Position numbers and translations under genes: made by a program. This document shows, piece by piece, positions 28,655 to 40,926 of a stretch of 64,000 nucleotides of DNA. This stretch comes from the human T2T-CHM13v2.0 reference genome, Homo sapiens, in assembly GCF_009914755.1 (NCBI RefSeq), contig NC_060934.1; one strand, 5' to 3'. Within the stretch, counting starts at the first letter, position 1. Each line of letters starts with the position of its first letter. The notes below the pieces were generated by a model. It was given only the letters and a program-made list of their open reading frames with translations, made no database searches and was not told the origin of the DNA.

Positions 28655-31600
28655 CTGCAGGAGGTTAGTGTCCAGGGTGGGAATTTACACCCATCCCCAT
28701 GGCCACATGGTCCCCTCCTGCCCCATCACCACCTTGGGTGGACCCAGTATGGGAAAGGCCCTCCCCATAGACCATCCTCTGAGGAGTCCCAGGACCCCCT
28801 CCCTTGTCCTCCCGCCCCTTCCGCTGTCCCTTCAGTAGCTGTTTCTGTTCCCTGACGCCCACTTCTGGGGCTTACCACATCTCCTGGGCCAGCCTCTTCC
28901 TCTTGTGTGCTCTGGGCTTGGGCAGGGACTTGCATTCCATGCTTTTCCAGCTCTTCCTTCAGCCTGGACAGGAAGAGGTAGGATGGGGGAAGGAAGAGGA
29001 GGAAAGGGTGGAGGAGGGACAAGAGGTTTTCAAGAGTCAGAGAGACAGAAGGTGGAGAGAGGAGATACAACATCGGTCATCTTCCTGGTGGGGGTTGCGG
29101 GGACAGGGCCTCCACACGCACCTCTGCCGCTTCTGCTGCTGTTGTTGGCACTTCTGCTGCAGCTGCTGGTGGCGCTGGGCAGCAGCTGCTAGGAGCTCCT
29201 CAGCCTTCCTGTGCTCTTCCTGAAACAGCTGCCTGGGGGGCCCAGTAGGGGGTGGTCAGCACCGGCCACTCCCTCCTCCCACCCTCTTCCCCTCCACATC
29301 TTACACTGTGGCTGCAGCCTCCTGGCTGCGGAGAAAGAGTCCCTCATCAAGGGTGGAGGGGCCCTCAGCCCCACACAGGGAGCACAGCTGATGCTTCACG
29401 TCTTCCAGTGTCGCCTTGACCAGCTTCTCTGCAGCACAAAGGGGCAGGTGAGCACATGAAGGCACGTGAGGTCAGATATGGGCCATCCACCTTCCCTGGT
29501 CTCACCTTCCTTGAGCAGCTGCTCCTTGCTGCTGTCCAGGGCACAAATCTCCTTTGCCAGCCGCTCTGGCATCTGAGGGGCAGAAAAGAGGCCTGTCCAC
29601 TCCTCTTGGCTTTCCCCCATGCCTCAAAGAAGGCTATCTGGATCTTGTTTCATACTTACTCACTATGCCTCACTTCCAACAACTCTGCCCCTCTGTGCAC
29701 ACCAGCTACAGTACAGCCTCAGGGCCATGGCACTGGCCATTCCCTCCCTGTGCACTTCTGTCATCCCACATCTCTGCGGTACTGCAGTGGGGATGCTCAT
29801 GGATTGTTATTTACAACAGATAAACCTGCAAGCACTGTGAGTCTTGGCTGTTTTCTGGAGGATCAGGTACCGGTTTAGCTCTGCAGCTCCTCCCCACTCC
29901 CCTCTGTCCTGGTGTGACCTCCTCACTGAGCCCTTCCTTCCTGACACTCACTGTCTATTTTCTTGTTCAGTGCCTAGGATCCTCCTGGGGGACAAACACG
30001 GGCTGCTTATCCTCGTTGTCTCCTTTGTGCCCGTGATGGTCCCAGACACATCCACGGACAGTGATGGAAGACTTGACCTTCGTCTCATCAGAGATCCCCC
30101 TGACCACTGAGCAGCAGGGTCACAAGGAGGTGACAAGGGACTGGATTCAGGCAATGTCGATCTTAGCACCACCAGGGCTTGCTTGGCGACTGGTTGTGGC
30201 AGGTGAGAGGAAGAAGTGACCGTTTGGGCCTGGTGCTGCTAGGGAAGATGTGGAAGGGGGAGGAGTGGCTTTGAGGGACTCACGTGGAAGTCCCAGAGGT
30301 CCTTGTGCTGGCCCATCAGATCTTCCAGCTGTTCCTCGAATGCCAACCTGGGAACCAACCACAGGCATGAGGGGATATGGGCTGAAATCACCACCTTCAC
30401 AGCCTGTCCAAGTCTGTGGTTCTTCAGGCAGATTTTGGGGTGCTTTGCCCATGGTCTCTGCTCCACTGGGAACATCTTCACCACCTTGAATCTCCATGGC
30501 TCAGTGTAGCCAGCTTTTCTAACCCCCATCTTTGACATTATATCCCAACTACTGGCCATCCAAACCCCCTGCCTCAGATGCTAAGGTTTACCTCAGCTGT
30601 CTCTGTTTGTTCTTCTCTTCTTCAATCTGCAAGTTCAGGGCAGAAATTCTCTCCTTGCACTCCTGCAACATGGTGTGCTTCCTGGGAGAGGCGAGGCAGC
30701 CCTCAGCCATGTTCTCTTAAGCCCCAGGAGGGCACTGGGCTGGGGCTTCTGCCTCCCTCTATTGAGGCTATTTTTTCCCTCTACATTAAGGTCCTTCTCT
30801 GTAACATGTGGTAAGTAGGGAGTGACATGACCATTTGCCCCCTGGAAGTATTGTTGTCAGGTTAAGAGAGATTAATGTGGACATGGTTAAGTGAGCAAAT
30901 GCACACACATCTTAGTATCATCTCGTTTTCCCAAAGAGCTGAAATCTCAGTGTGCCAGGGCCTGGGGCCTCTGGTAACAAATGAGCTAAATCAGGAGGTG
31001 GAGAAATGGATGGACAAATCGATGGGTGGATGAAAAGATAATGGATGAATGGAGAGAGAATGGACAAATGGTTGGCTCAATGCCTAAATGAACAGACAGA
31101 TGAGTGAATAGACATCCAAGGAGTATGACAAAGAGTAAAAGGCAAAAAATAAAAACCAGCTGAAGAAATTTAATTGACAATTTAGCAAATGAATGTCTTG
31201 CCATTGAGAGAGTTTCCCTTAACACTACTGCCAGCTGTTGGAGCCGAAGGGGAAAGACATTCTTTGGACTCTCCATTGTTTAGAGGGAAACAATGAGAGC
31301 TGTGGGTCTCAGATTCATCTTCCTGCCTCTTTCTGCTCTACCAGAATAAAGAGGTAGTGCAGAGTTAGGCTCAGCTGGAAGCTCTTACCTGTGTGCCTCA
31401 CTTTCCTTTTCCTGGCAATGCAGCCGGAGGATCCTCAGGGTCTCTGTAGGGAGAGCAACAGGGCCCTATGAGAACCTGTCAAGGTACTGGGTTTTGGCAG
31501 GGGGAACACAGCCAGATCATGTCAGGTCTGTGGACACCTGATTGAGCTTTAACATTTACTACATGTCTGGTGGAAGCCACAGGAGAGAGGCAAGCTGGGA

Positions 31601-34600
31601 CAGGTTTCAAAAGGCTTCAGCTGCCATAGGGAGAGTGGGCTTCTGTGGGTTGGCAAAGGCACAAGCCTGGAGACAGGGGAGCGGCAAATACCTTGTTTTT
31701 TGCTCAAGATCTCCTTCAGGTGTACTTTCTCTCCATGCACTAGAAAACAGTGACACATTTTGGCATCAGGGACTATGCACTGCACCCTCAGGGATGGGGC
31801 TTGCTCACGGTCACATGGGAAGCTGGGCACAGCCTTGGCCCCAACCCAAATGTGAACCCTTGAGGTGAGCCCCTCCCTACCCTCTGGTGCCCACATTCCT
31901 TGTAAGCACCAAAGGGCCTTCACATTTACAGAGGGTGGCTGTGAGGGCCCTGGAGGATGCTCGTGCTTTTACATGGGGAGGAGAGAAAAAATACCAACAC
32001 CCACGAAGTGGGATAAGGGCTATAAAGAAACACATCAAATAGGATGGGGCATGTGACCAGATGGAGGCAGGGTGCCATCTTTAAATGGGATGATTGGGGA
32101 ATGCCAGTCATCCTGTCTGGGGACATTCTAACTTAGAGCTGATGATGTGAGGAAAGAGGAACCTGTATTATCTGAGGAAGCACAGACAGCGTCTGGCAAA
32201 AGCCCTGAGGTGGGAATGAGGTTGGAGGGTGTTTCCTGAACACTCCCACAAGCAGAGAGGAGAGGGGGAGATTGGCAGGACATGAGGCTAGAGAGGGTAC
32301 AGGACCCTTGGCCATGGCAAGGATGCTGATTATCTGGAATACAGGGTTAGGGGAGGCTTAAGACACTGTGGGGACCTCTGGGTGACCCCCGGCTCTCTTA
32401 CGCGAGTCCAGTTCCTTCTGCAGGGCCTCACAGATGGTCCGGGCCTCTCCTAGGTCTTTATTGGCTTTCTTTTTTGCTTCACCAAAGAGCAGAAAAACAT
32501 TGTGTGAGTGCAGCCTCTATTCTCTTCCCAACAGTGACATTTCTCATTTGCCTTCAGGTAAATCTATAGTGGCCTAGATTTTATAGAGTAGGAAACGAGG
32601 CTTCCAGCTCTCCTTGCCAGGCTCTGCTGATAGCAGGGCCAGGATCATGGGCATGTAACTATGGCAGTCGCATGCTGAAATGCCCTGTACTTAATTTAAG
32701 GCTCTGCTGTTGCTGTTGTGAATAACCAGTAACTTTGGAACAAGGGACCCTGCATTCTCACTTGGCACTGAGCCCCGCAAACCATGCAGCTGGTCCTAGC
32801 TGGCAGCCAAGGCCCCTGAACTCACCTTGCTGGACCTCATTAATCCGGTTAATCAGGACCTCAACTCGGGGCTCTAGGCTTCCCACTGCACGGAGGAAAG
32901 GAGGTTGAGTTGACAGGGCAGGCAGAGTTGGGGCGGTTGCCAGCCTTGTGTCTCTGCTGCTTTCACGCAACACAGATCTATTGAGTACCTCCTGCAAGCA
33001 GGTGCTCTGTGGGGCCCTCACGGGGCTCACGTTCTGGGTGGGCAAGACTGGGAACAGACACAATAAGATACCGAATGGGGCTGCGGTAACCGTGTTCAAG
33101 AGAAATGAAGTAGGCCAAGGGAGGCTAAAGAGCAAAGGAGTGGGAAGTGCTCCTGAGATATGGGAAGGGACCTGAGGGCCCCAAATCAAGTGGTGGGGGG
33201 CAGGCCCTGCAGCAATTTGGGTGGGGTTGGGAGGTAGTCAGTGCAAAGACCCATCATGAGGTGGGAACATGGCTGGCAGGAGCCTAGCGAGCAGAGGGAG
33301 TAGCGGGTGAGGGGGAAGGAAGGGAAGTGAAGGCGGCAACTTCTGGATCTAATGGACTGCAGTGGAGCCAGATGGGTGACCAGCGAGAGGTTTGGGACAG
33401 GGTTTTGGGAAAACATTTTGCCTTCTATACCCTTTTGCTTCTTTAATTTTGAAACATGGGGCCCTATTTTTAGTTTAAGTAATTAAGTTTTAAAAGAAAG
33501 AGAAGGTGAAGAGGATTATTTCCCAAATTCGTACATTGTGGGGCCTGAAATTAAACCCACATCTGCCTGGCCCCAAACCTCAGGCTGTGCCTCACACAAA
33601 GGAGACACACGACCTTTCTGCAGCTTTTGCACCATTTCCATCAAGTCTTCAATTTTCTGTGAGGACGTGTCCTGCCCTGTGGAGACAAAACCAAACATTT
33701 CAGAATCAAGCAGGGCGAGAGGCCACCCCTGGGCTGAGACTGAGGCAGGCTGAGGGCAGGTCTCCAGCCAGAGTGGTGCCCCTTCTTCTTGTCCTGAGGT
33801 GGACAGTACACTAGATGAATCGGGCTCCTCCATGGTCAGCTTTTCCCTATAAGGTAAAATTATACCAGATATCCTCTTTGTAAAACTCTGGGTGAGGGCA
33901 GGGGTGCACTCTCACTGCTGAGGCTGTTCAAAGTAAGATCAAAGCTCCTGATATAATTCAAGAAAAAAAATGAGGGTATAAAAAACTGGAGCAAGGAGTC
34001 AAAAATCACTGTAACTGGCAGATGACATAATCTAGGAAGTTCTTAGAGAGTTTTCTACAAAACCATAAGGATTAGTAACAAAATGCATTAAGATGTTAGG
34101 TTAAAAACATATATAAATACAAACAAGCTTTCCTACATACAACCAATACTAACCCTGAAATTTCCCCATAAAATATTTCATGTTAATTTTTTATAATCAC
34201 TATTGGAACCTATTTTTAACACTAAAATTAGTAGATCTAAGAAATTACTATTTATGGCATTAACATTGTGAAAGGAAAATAAATCTTTTTATAAATAAAT
34301 CTTTGAAAATAAATCAATTCAAAGTCATCCCTCTGCTCACTGAGATAAATGCATATCTGATTTTGTAAAATAAATATCTGAAAATAATTCAGTCATCCTT
34401 CTTCTTACTCAGATAAATGCATATCTGATTGCCTCCTTTGGAAAGGCTAATCGGAAACTCAAAAGAATACAACCATTTGTCTTTTATCTACTTATGACCT
34501 TGAAGCAAACCCCCCTGCTTCAAGTTGTCTCATCATTGCTTTGAGTTGTCCCACCTTTCCAGATCGAACCAATGTTCATCTTACATATGTTGATTTGTGT

Positions 34601-35782
34601 CTCATGTCTCCCTAAAAAGCATAAAACCAACCTGTGCTCTGACCACCCTGCCACCCTGGGCACAGGTCATCAGGACCTCCTGAGGCCGTGTCACAGGCAT
34701 GCATCCCTAACTTTGGTAAAATAAACTTCCTAAATTGACTGAGACCTGTCTCAGATTTTTGGGTTTCACATTTTGGCAACCACAAAGGGATTCTGAGTAG
34801 AGGTGCCCCTGACCTTTGACAAATATCCTATCAGTGCTTGCTAGCAGCTTGAGCTATCTTTATGGTTCAAACTAATATGACAAGTTGCTGAGTTCTGGAA
34901 GTCCCCCATCCAGGGAATCCCTCATTTCCCAAAATTCGCTCCAGATCCAAAGTTTATTTTTCTAAACAACTCTACTCTTTTTTTGGAGTTTTTCTTGCTT
35001 CCAACAAGGAAGGCAAGTTTTCCTGCTTCCATGAAAGTTCCTTTCTGGAGTTTGAACTCGCTCCCAACAGGGAAGACAAGTTTGAGGGTTTTTTTCCTGC
35101 TTCTAAGATGATAGAGAGCAGTCTTCAGCCTAAGACCCATCCCTAGGTAAGTAACTGAATTGGGGTTTGTCTTGGCTAAAGGTAAAATTAACAACCAGCT
35201 GGTCTTAATTTTTCCTTATCATTAGAGTGTCCAGTAACCATACAAGTTGTGTGATCATTTGTTTGTTTTGCTTAACTGGTATTTTTTTTGTTGTTGTTTC
35301 TTTCTGTTTTTGTTGTTTTGGTCCTTTTCCTATTGGGTTTGGCCAATTCTGACTTGATCAAATCCAAAGGAAAGTTCCAAATTATGTGGAACAAGGCCTC
35401 TGAAGTGGCTAAATTCCCACCAGAAAAGGGGTGGTGGGGGAAGAAAAAACAGCCAGCAAAAGGAAAAAAGGGGGGGAAGATTTTTGATTTTGACTACTTA
35501 AGGGGATTTATTTACATAACAAGGCCACCTTTTTGCTAGCCAGGCCAAACTGAAAGAGAAAGGATTGTCACCCCAACTGCAGTTCCATAGCTAAGGTTCT
35601 GTCTTCTTTTTTCCATGACAGCCTGGGTTTGGTTCCTAAATCAAGACCTTTCTGGTTTGATACTTGGTACTTCTGAAATAGCAGATATTTGTCCTAGCTG
35701 AAATATGTTGATGAGATCTTAAAAATTTTTTAAAAAGAAACTCAAATGGTTAAAAGTCATCTTAATTAAAAGCTAACATCCA

Positions 35783-35826
<44 letters not shown>

Positions 35827-38800
35827 TTAAAAGGGCTTCATGATTTTTCTTTTTTCTCTCTCCTAGGACCTTGTGTTTTTTGGGCAAAAGTTTTTTTTCT
35901 TTTCAGTTGACTGAATGCTATTTTCTTCATATAGTTCTGCTGTCTCTCCTTTCCCTTGAACGCTCTGCTGCATGAGGGACCTAAAATAGTTTATAATAGC
36001 CTGAGGTTCCTTAAAGAAAATGGAGAAGGCACCAGACTCCCTTTTGTGGAGAAAATTGTTTTTCCTTGTGTATCCCCAAGAGTGTAAACACACAAGTTCA
36101 TGTCAGCTCCTAAACTGTTTGCTTTTGTATTGTGTTACCTGATTTTTTTGTTTATTAATTATTGCAACAGAAGCTACTCCTGCATTTTTAAGGAAGAGTA
36201 TATTTTAGACACTTAGAAATATTTTTTTAATGTTTTTTAAGTACACTGTAAAAGCATCCATGTGGTCGAGCCTCATAATAATTCTCCCTTTTTGCAGACC
36301 CAGGATTCAGTGTGGCCTCTTCCCAGAGCTCAGAGATCCAGTTAAAAGATAGGTAGTCACTATCTAAATAAAATTGGTCTCCTGTGATCCAACCACCTCC
36401 CACCAGGCCCCAACTCCAACATTGGGGATTACAATTCAACATATTTGGGTGAGGACACAGATCCAAACCATATCACAGGCCAAGGCCGAGGCACGGTTGA
36501 GAAGGCTCAGAGGCACCTGACCAAAGTTTGTAACAGTTTTGATTGACAATACCAAATTACCTTACACTGATGTATACAAGATGCCCAGTTTTTCATTTTT
36601 ACCAATCACCTATGTTTCCAAACGTGTTTATCTTTGTCAACCAGATATGCAAAATTAAGGTGTCTCCTTACAAACTTTCTGATAGTAAATATCAAAAGTT
36701 TGGGTGCATCTTATTTTCTAAGACTATGTCCTAAGTAATTCTGGATATGGCTAATGGGCAAGGTGTTCATCACTGTATTGTTTATAATAGTGAAAAACTC
36801 GAAGAAGCCTAAATATGCCTTAGGGGATTTGTTAAATAAATTATAGCACATACACAGGATGAAATCATTTACAGCCATTAAAAATCATGCATACATGCAT
36901 AAGGCCAGGCTCAGTGGTTCACATCCATAATCCCAGCACTTTTGGGAGACTGAGGCAGGAGGACTGCTCAAGCATAGGAGTTCAAGAGCAGCCTGAGCAA
37001 TGCAGCAAGACCCTCTCTCTACAAATAAAAAATTTAAAAAAATTATCTGGGCATGGTGACATGTACCTGTGATTCCAGCTACTCAAGAGGCTGAGGTGGG
37101 AGAATCTCTTGAGGCCAGGAGGTCAAGGCTGCAGTGAGCAGTGATTGTACCACTGCACTCCAGCCTGGGCAACAAAGCACAATCTCGTCTCAAAAAAAAA
37201 AAAAAAAATCAAGCATAAAATTTTGTGAAATGCTTATTTTTGAGTTTATGGAGTCCCCTCATTTTGGTCCCACCTGAAATCTTACACAAATTACTGCTCA
37301 TAAATTTTTGCATTAAGTTTTAAATTATTCAAGTAATTGGCATGTGTGAAAAAGTATGAAGAAAAAATTGAAACACCAACATTCCCTTTCCCCAGTCATT
37401 CCCCTTTCTAGTAATAACTGCAGCCAGTTAGGTGAAGACTAATAGACTTTTTACTAAAATGTATCTAGTGTCACTGACCCTAGATAACATCCCTGCTTCC
37501 TTTTTAAAACAGATAGACTAAAACTGGAATCTTGTCCTTTAAATTTCTTCTGTAGCTGGTCACTATAGAATGTTTGTGCCCCCATCCATAGTTCGTATGT
37601 TGAAATCCTAACCCCCTAGTGTGACTGCATTAGGAGGTGGGGCCTTTGGGAGGTGATTAGGTCATGAGAGTAGGGCCCTCAGCAATGGGATTAGTGCCCT
37701 TATAAGACCAGAGAGGTCTGCAGCAACTTCCCCAACATGAGGACACAATGAGAAGACAGAAGTCTATAGCCAGGAAGCAGGCCCCCACCAGACGCTGAAT
37801 TGCACCTTGATCTTGAACTTCTAGCCTCGAAAACTGTGAGAAATAAGGCATTTCTGTTGTAGCAGTTTGAACTAAGGCACAAGCGACATTGGTTAAAACT
37901 TACCTAAATATACTAGGTTATGTGAGGAACATGGAGCCATGATACTGAAAGGCTAGCACACCGGCGGGCCAGCAGGTGCTTAATGAAAGGGATACGTTTG
38001 CGTCTGTCCTGTTTACTTGCTTTGTCCTTCGCTGGGGCTTTCACTGTGCCACATCTCACTGTAGGGATGCTTTCTGTGCTAAGCTTGTTTCAGTATTCAA
38101 ACCTTCATTTTGTAAGAACATGACAGAGCACCTGCCATGGCATTCACGCAGGTAGGGCTGGAGGCAGCCACCGACGTTTGTTAATTGCAGAGTTTTAACT
38201 CAAGGGGGACAGATGATCTCAGGACAGAATGACAAGCTGAGTGACAGCAGGAGGGACGTCACCGTACAATTCTCTCCACTTTTCTGTAAGTTTGAAAATC
38301 CTCACAGAACACCCAGAGGCACACAGTGTCCTGAAGTGGAAACGGCCAGGACAGTGTCCTTTCTCTTTGTTGGGCTGCAATTTCTGGACTTCTGTACAAC
38401 TCTGACCAGCTGCCTGTCCCCTCCCTTCCCAGGGTGAGGTAGGAGCCACTATGGCAGGTCGGGGTCAGGGAGAAACAAACGGGGGATCTGCGTGGAGTCG
38501 GCCTCCCCCGGCTCCCCGGGGCGTCGGGATGCTGGGTGGGGGGCCCCACTGTCAAGAACCAGTTTAGTGCGACTGGGAAATCTGGACACTTGCTGGTTCT
38601 AGGGAGAGGAATGTGGAATTAGGAATTCCCTTGGGATTGGGAGCGTCAGGAAAATGTCCTTTTTGTTTTAAGAGGTGTGTATGTAAAGTCTGTGGGACAA
38701 CGGGAAGGGATGTCTTTTGACTAATTACCTAAACCAAAATTGGAGCAACTATGATAACAGTTCAATGCTTTAAGACAAAGTGGGGGGTGTGCGGGCAAGC

Positions 38801-39033
38801 ACTCCCTCATCTTGGCCGAAATTTTTCTGAAGAAACCCGCTAAGTCTCAATCAGCAGCATCAGGACTGACAGGAAGAAGCAGCCGCCACCCGCGCCCCAA
38901 CCCTGCCCCGCCTCGGCGAGGTCAGACCCTCACGCACAGTTCCCTGCCTCCCACCACTACCTCCGGCCTTCTCAGCCCTGTCCACGGCTCCTGCGGTGGG
39001 CTCGGCCTTCGATGTCAGGGACCTCCCCGCCAT
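28517..39033 (-). CDS. SYCE1: Synaptonemal complex central element protein 1, complement(join(28517..28654,28876..28963,29122..29232,29305..29428,29506..29572,30284..30347,30592..30681,31389..31443,31692..31739,32402..32476,32826..32885,33614..33676,38961..39033)), 351 aa
   Basis: Protein runs [15 protein letters not shown]...[41 protein letters not shown]...FQEIKELF*. Thirteen exons with AG/GT boundaries total 1056 nt. Confidence 0.97.
28876..28963 (-). CDS. SYCE1: SYCE1 exon 12
   Basis: Encodes [29 protein letters not shown]. Confidence 0.95.
29122..29232 (-). CDS. SYCE1: SYCE1 exon 11
   Basis: Encodes [37 protein letters not shown]. Confidence 0.95.
29305..29428 (-). CDS. SYCE1: SYCE1 exon 10
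   Basis: Encodes [22 protein letters not shown]...EAAATV. Confidence 0.95.
29506..29572 (-). CDS. SYCE1: SYCE1 exon 9
   Basis: Encodes [22 protein letters not shown]. Confidence 0.95.
30284..30347 (-). CDS. SYCE1: SYCE1 exon 8
   Basis: Encodes [21 protein letters not shown]. Confidence 0.95.
30592..30681 (-). CDS. SYCE1: SYCE1 exon 7
   Basis: Encodes [30 protein letters not shown]. Confidence 0.95.
31389..31443 (-). CDS. SYCE1: SYCE1 exon 6
   Basis: Encodes [19 protein letters not shown]. Confidence 0.95.
31692..31739 (-). CDS. SYCE1: SYCE1 exon 5
   Basis: Encodes [16 protein letters not shown]. Confidence 0.95.
32402..32476 (-). CDS. SYCE1: SYCE1 exon 4
   Basis: Encodes [25 protein letters not shown]. 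Confidence 0.95.
32826..32885 (-). CDS. SYCE1: SYCE1 exon 3
   Basis: Encodes [20 protein letters not shown]. Confidence 0.95.
33614..33676 (-). CDS. SYCE1: SYCE1 exon 2
   Basis: Encodes [21 protein letters not shown]. Confidence 0.95.
34267..36380 (+). mobile_element. MER4A-like ERV1 LTR (34267-34770) plus internal fragment, in SYCE1 intron 1
   Basis: TGTGAAAGGAAAATAAATCTT...gagataaatgcatatctgattgcctcctttggaaaggctaat...aataaacttcc...ggtttcaca, followed by PBS-like ttttggcaacc. Confidence 0.75.
35784..35825 (+). repeat. (TG)n microsatellite
   Basis: ~20 TG units. Confidence 0.95.
36385..36475 (-). mobile_element. MST/THE1 MaLR LTR end fragment
   Basis: cacctcccaccaggcccc...ggggattacaattcaaca...ggacacagatccaaaccatatca. 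Confidence 0.7.
36903..37208 (+). mobile_element. AluJ-like
   Basis: ggccaggctcagtgg...ggaggtcaaggctgcagtgag...poly-A. Confidence 0.88.
37561..37879 (+). mobile_element. MaLR LTR (MLT1A-like)
   Basis: aatgtttgtgcccc...ttgaaatcctaacccc...ggtggggcctttgggaggtgattaggtcatgag...gaactaagg. Confidence 0.72.
38961..39033 (-). CDS. SYCE1: SYCE1 exon 1 (coding part)
   Basis: Encodes [24 protein letters not shown]; donor G|GTAGT. Confidence 0.95.
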
Positions 39034-39039
39034 TTCCTC

Positions 39040-39780
39040 TCAGCTCGCCAGCGAGGGTGCCTCGGGAGGGAGCCTCCAGTGGTGATTGGAGCAACCGCCG
39101 CTGGGGGCAGGACTCCAGGCAGCGCGCCTGCGCAATGCACTCCTGCGCGCGCCTGGAGATGTGAGGTAATTCTCCGGCAGGCCTGCGTGGCACTAGTGCG
39201 CATGCGTAAAGGCGCGAGGGCTACAAACGCGGCGGGAAGCCCGCCAGGGCCACGTGCGGCCGTCCAGGCTTGCGATTGGCCCGCTGCCGGGTGCCCCCGC
39301 GCATGTGCGCTGGCTTCCGAGGGGACCGGCCCTGGTTCTGGAGGCCCTCCCCACCAACGAGCAGTACGCATGTGTAGCGCCGAAGCTTCCTGTGAAGTGT
39401 GCGTGTCTGACGGATGACGACTCCACAAGGCGCTGTGGCCCTGGCAGCCTCATGAGGTTGCGGCTCTGCGGGACCACACCGCCGCGGGAGTGCACGGGCC
39501 CCAGCGAGTGAAATCTGCGGCAGCCCCCGCTGGGCCCGCTGTTCCTGCGCGCGCAGAGGAGCGTAGCCTGCCCCTAGGCCGCGTTCCCGTGAGCTCCATG
39601 CCCACAGTGGCCGAGGCCGGCCACAAGCCCACGGTCCCTTCTGCACGGTCCCTGCCGCGCTGGGGCCACCGTGGAGGCCCGGAGGGCTCTGGGAGGAGGG
39701 AGGAGGAGCCGAGGCTTTCGGGAGAACCCAGCCCTTCACCGGCCAGGGGAGGCCGCGATGCATCGCGACTGGTTGTGAAG
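39040..39780 (-). promoter_or_regulatory. SYCE1 CpG-island promoter
   Basis: CpG-rich; contains NRF1 (TGCGCATGCG, 39197), E2F (GGCGGGAA, 39231), E-box (CACGTG, 39251) and CCAAT (39084, 39274) motifs. Confidence 0.8.
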
Positions 39781-39880
39781 AGCCAGGGGAAGAACTTTAC
39801 CGTGCAGGTGAGTGGGAGACATCAGAACACCTGCCTGTCCTAAATACGAAGCCTCGAATCCTAACCTATAAAAGGTTACC

Positions 39881-40926
39881 TTAGGGTTTAGGGTTAGGGC
39901 TACAGATTAGAGCTAGGGATTAAGGTTAGAGTTAGGGTTGGGGTTAGGGTTTAGGGGTTAGAAGTTAGTTTTGGGGTTAGGAGTGGGGTTAGAATTAGGG
40001 TTTGGGGTTAGTGTTAGGGGTAGGGGAAGGATTGGGGTAGGGTTAGGGTTGGGCTAGGGTCGGGGTAGGGGTAGGGTTTTACGGTTAGGGTCAGGGTTTT
40101 AGTGTTGGGGTTAGGGTTAGGGTTAGGGTATTGGGGTTAGGGTTTGGGGGCTAGGGGATTAGGGTCAGGGGTGGGGGTTAGGGTTTGGGATTTGGCTAAG
40201 GTTTGTAAGGGTTAGGGTTTTAGGGTAGGGGATAGGGGTTAGGGTTACGTGTTGGGGTTGGGATTAGGGTTAGGGGTTACAGTTTAGGGTAAGGGGTTAG
40301 AGTTAAGGGTTAGGGTTAGCATTAGGAGTTACAGTTGGGTTAAGGGTTAGGGGTTAGGCTTAGTGTTGTTAGGGTTAGCTTCAGGGTTCGGTGTCAGGGT
40401 TTGGGGTGGGGTAGTGGTAGGTTTAGGGGTAGCGTTGTGGGTTAGGATTTGTGGTTACGGTTCGGGCTAGGGTTTTAGGGGTAGGCATAGGTTCGAGTTT
40501 GGGTTTGGGTGTTAGGTTTATGGCTAGCATTAGGGTAGGGGTTAGGTGTAGGAGTAGGGGTTGAGGTTATGAGTTGAGGTTAGGGTTAGGGGTCAGGGGT
40601 CCGGTCAAGGGTTGGTGTTGGATTTAGGGATTAGGGCTAGAATTAGGGGTTAGGGTTAGGGGTTTGTGTCGGGGTTGGGTTGGAGGCTTGGGTTCAGGGT
40701 CAAGTTTAGGGTTGGGGCTAGGGCTTAGGGTTATGGGTTAGTGTTAGCAGTTAGGGTTAAGGTTTAGGCTTAGGGTTTAGTGCTTGAGGTGGGGGTTAGG
40801 TGTTAGGGGTTAGGGTTAAGGGTTAGTGTTTTGCGTTAGTGGTTAGGGTTAAGGGTTATGGTTAAGGGTCAGCGTTAGGGTCAGGGGTTAGGGGTAGGGG
40901 TTGTGCTTAGTTTTAGGGTTAGGGTT
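39881..40926 (+). repeat. Degenerate interstitial telomeric (TTAGGG)n array
   Basis: ~1.05 kb of ttaggg/ttagggg/tcaggg/ttgggg units, with the G-rich strand on +. Confidence 0.95.

Noticed and set aside
39881-40926. Actual chromosome end or telomere-fusion site
   Set aside because: The repeats are highly degenerate and internal, with no head-to-head CCCTAA block beyond a few bases.
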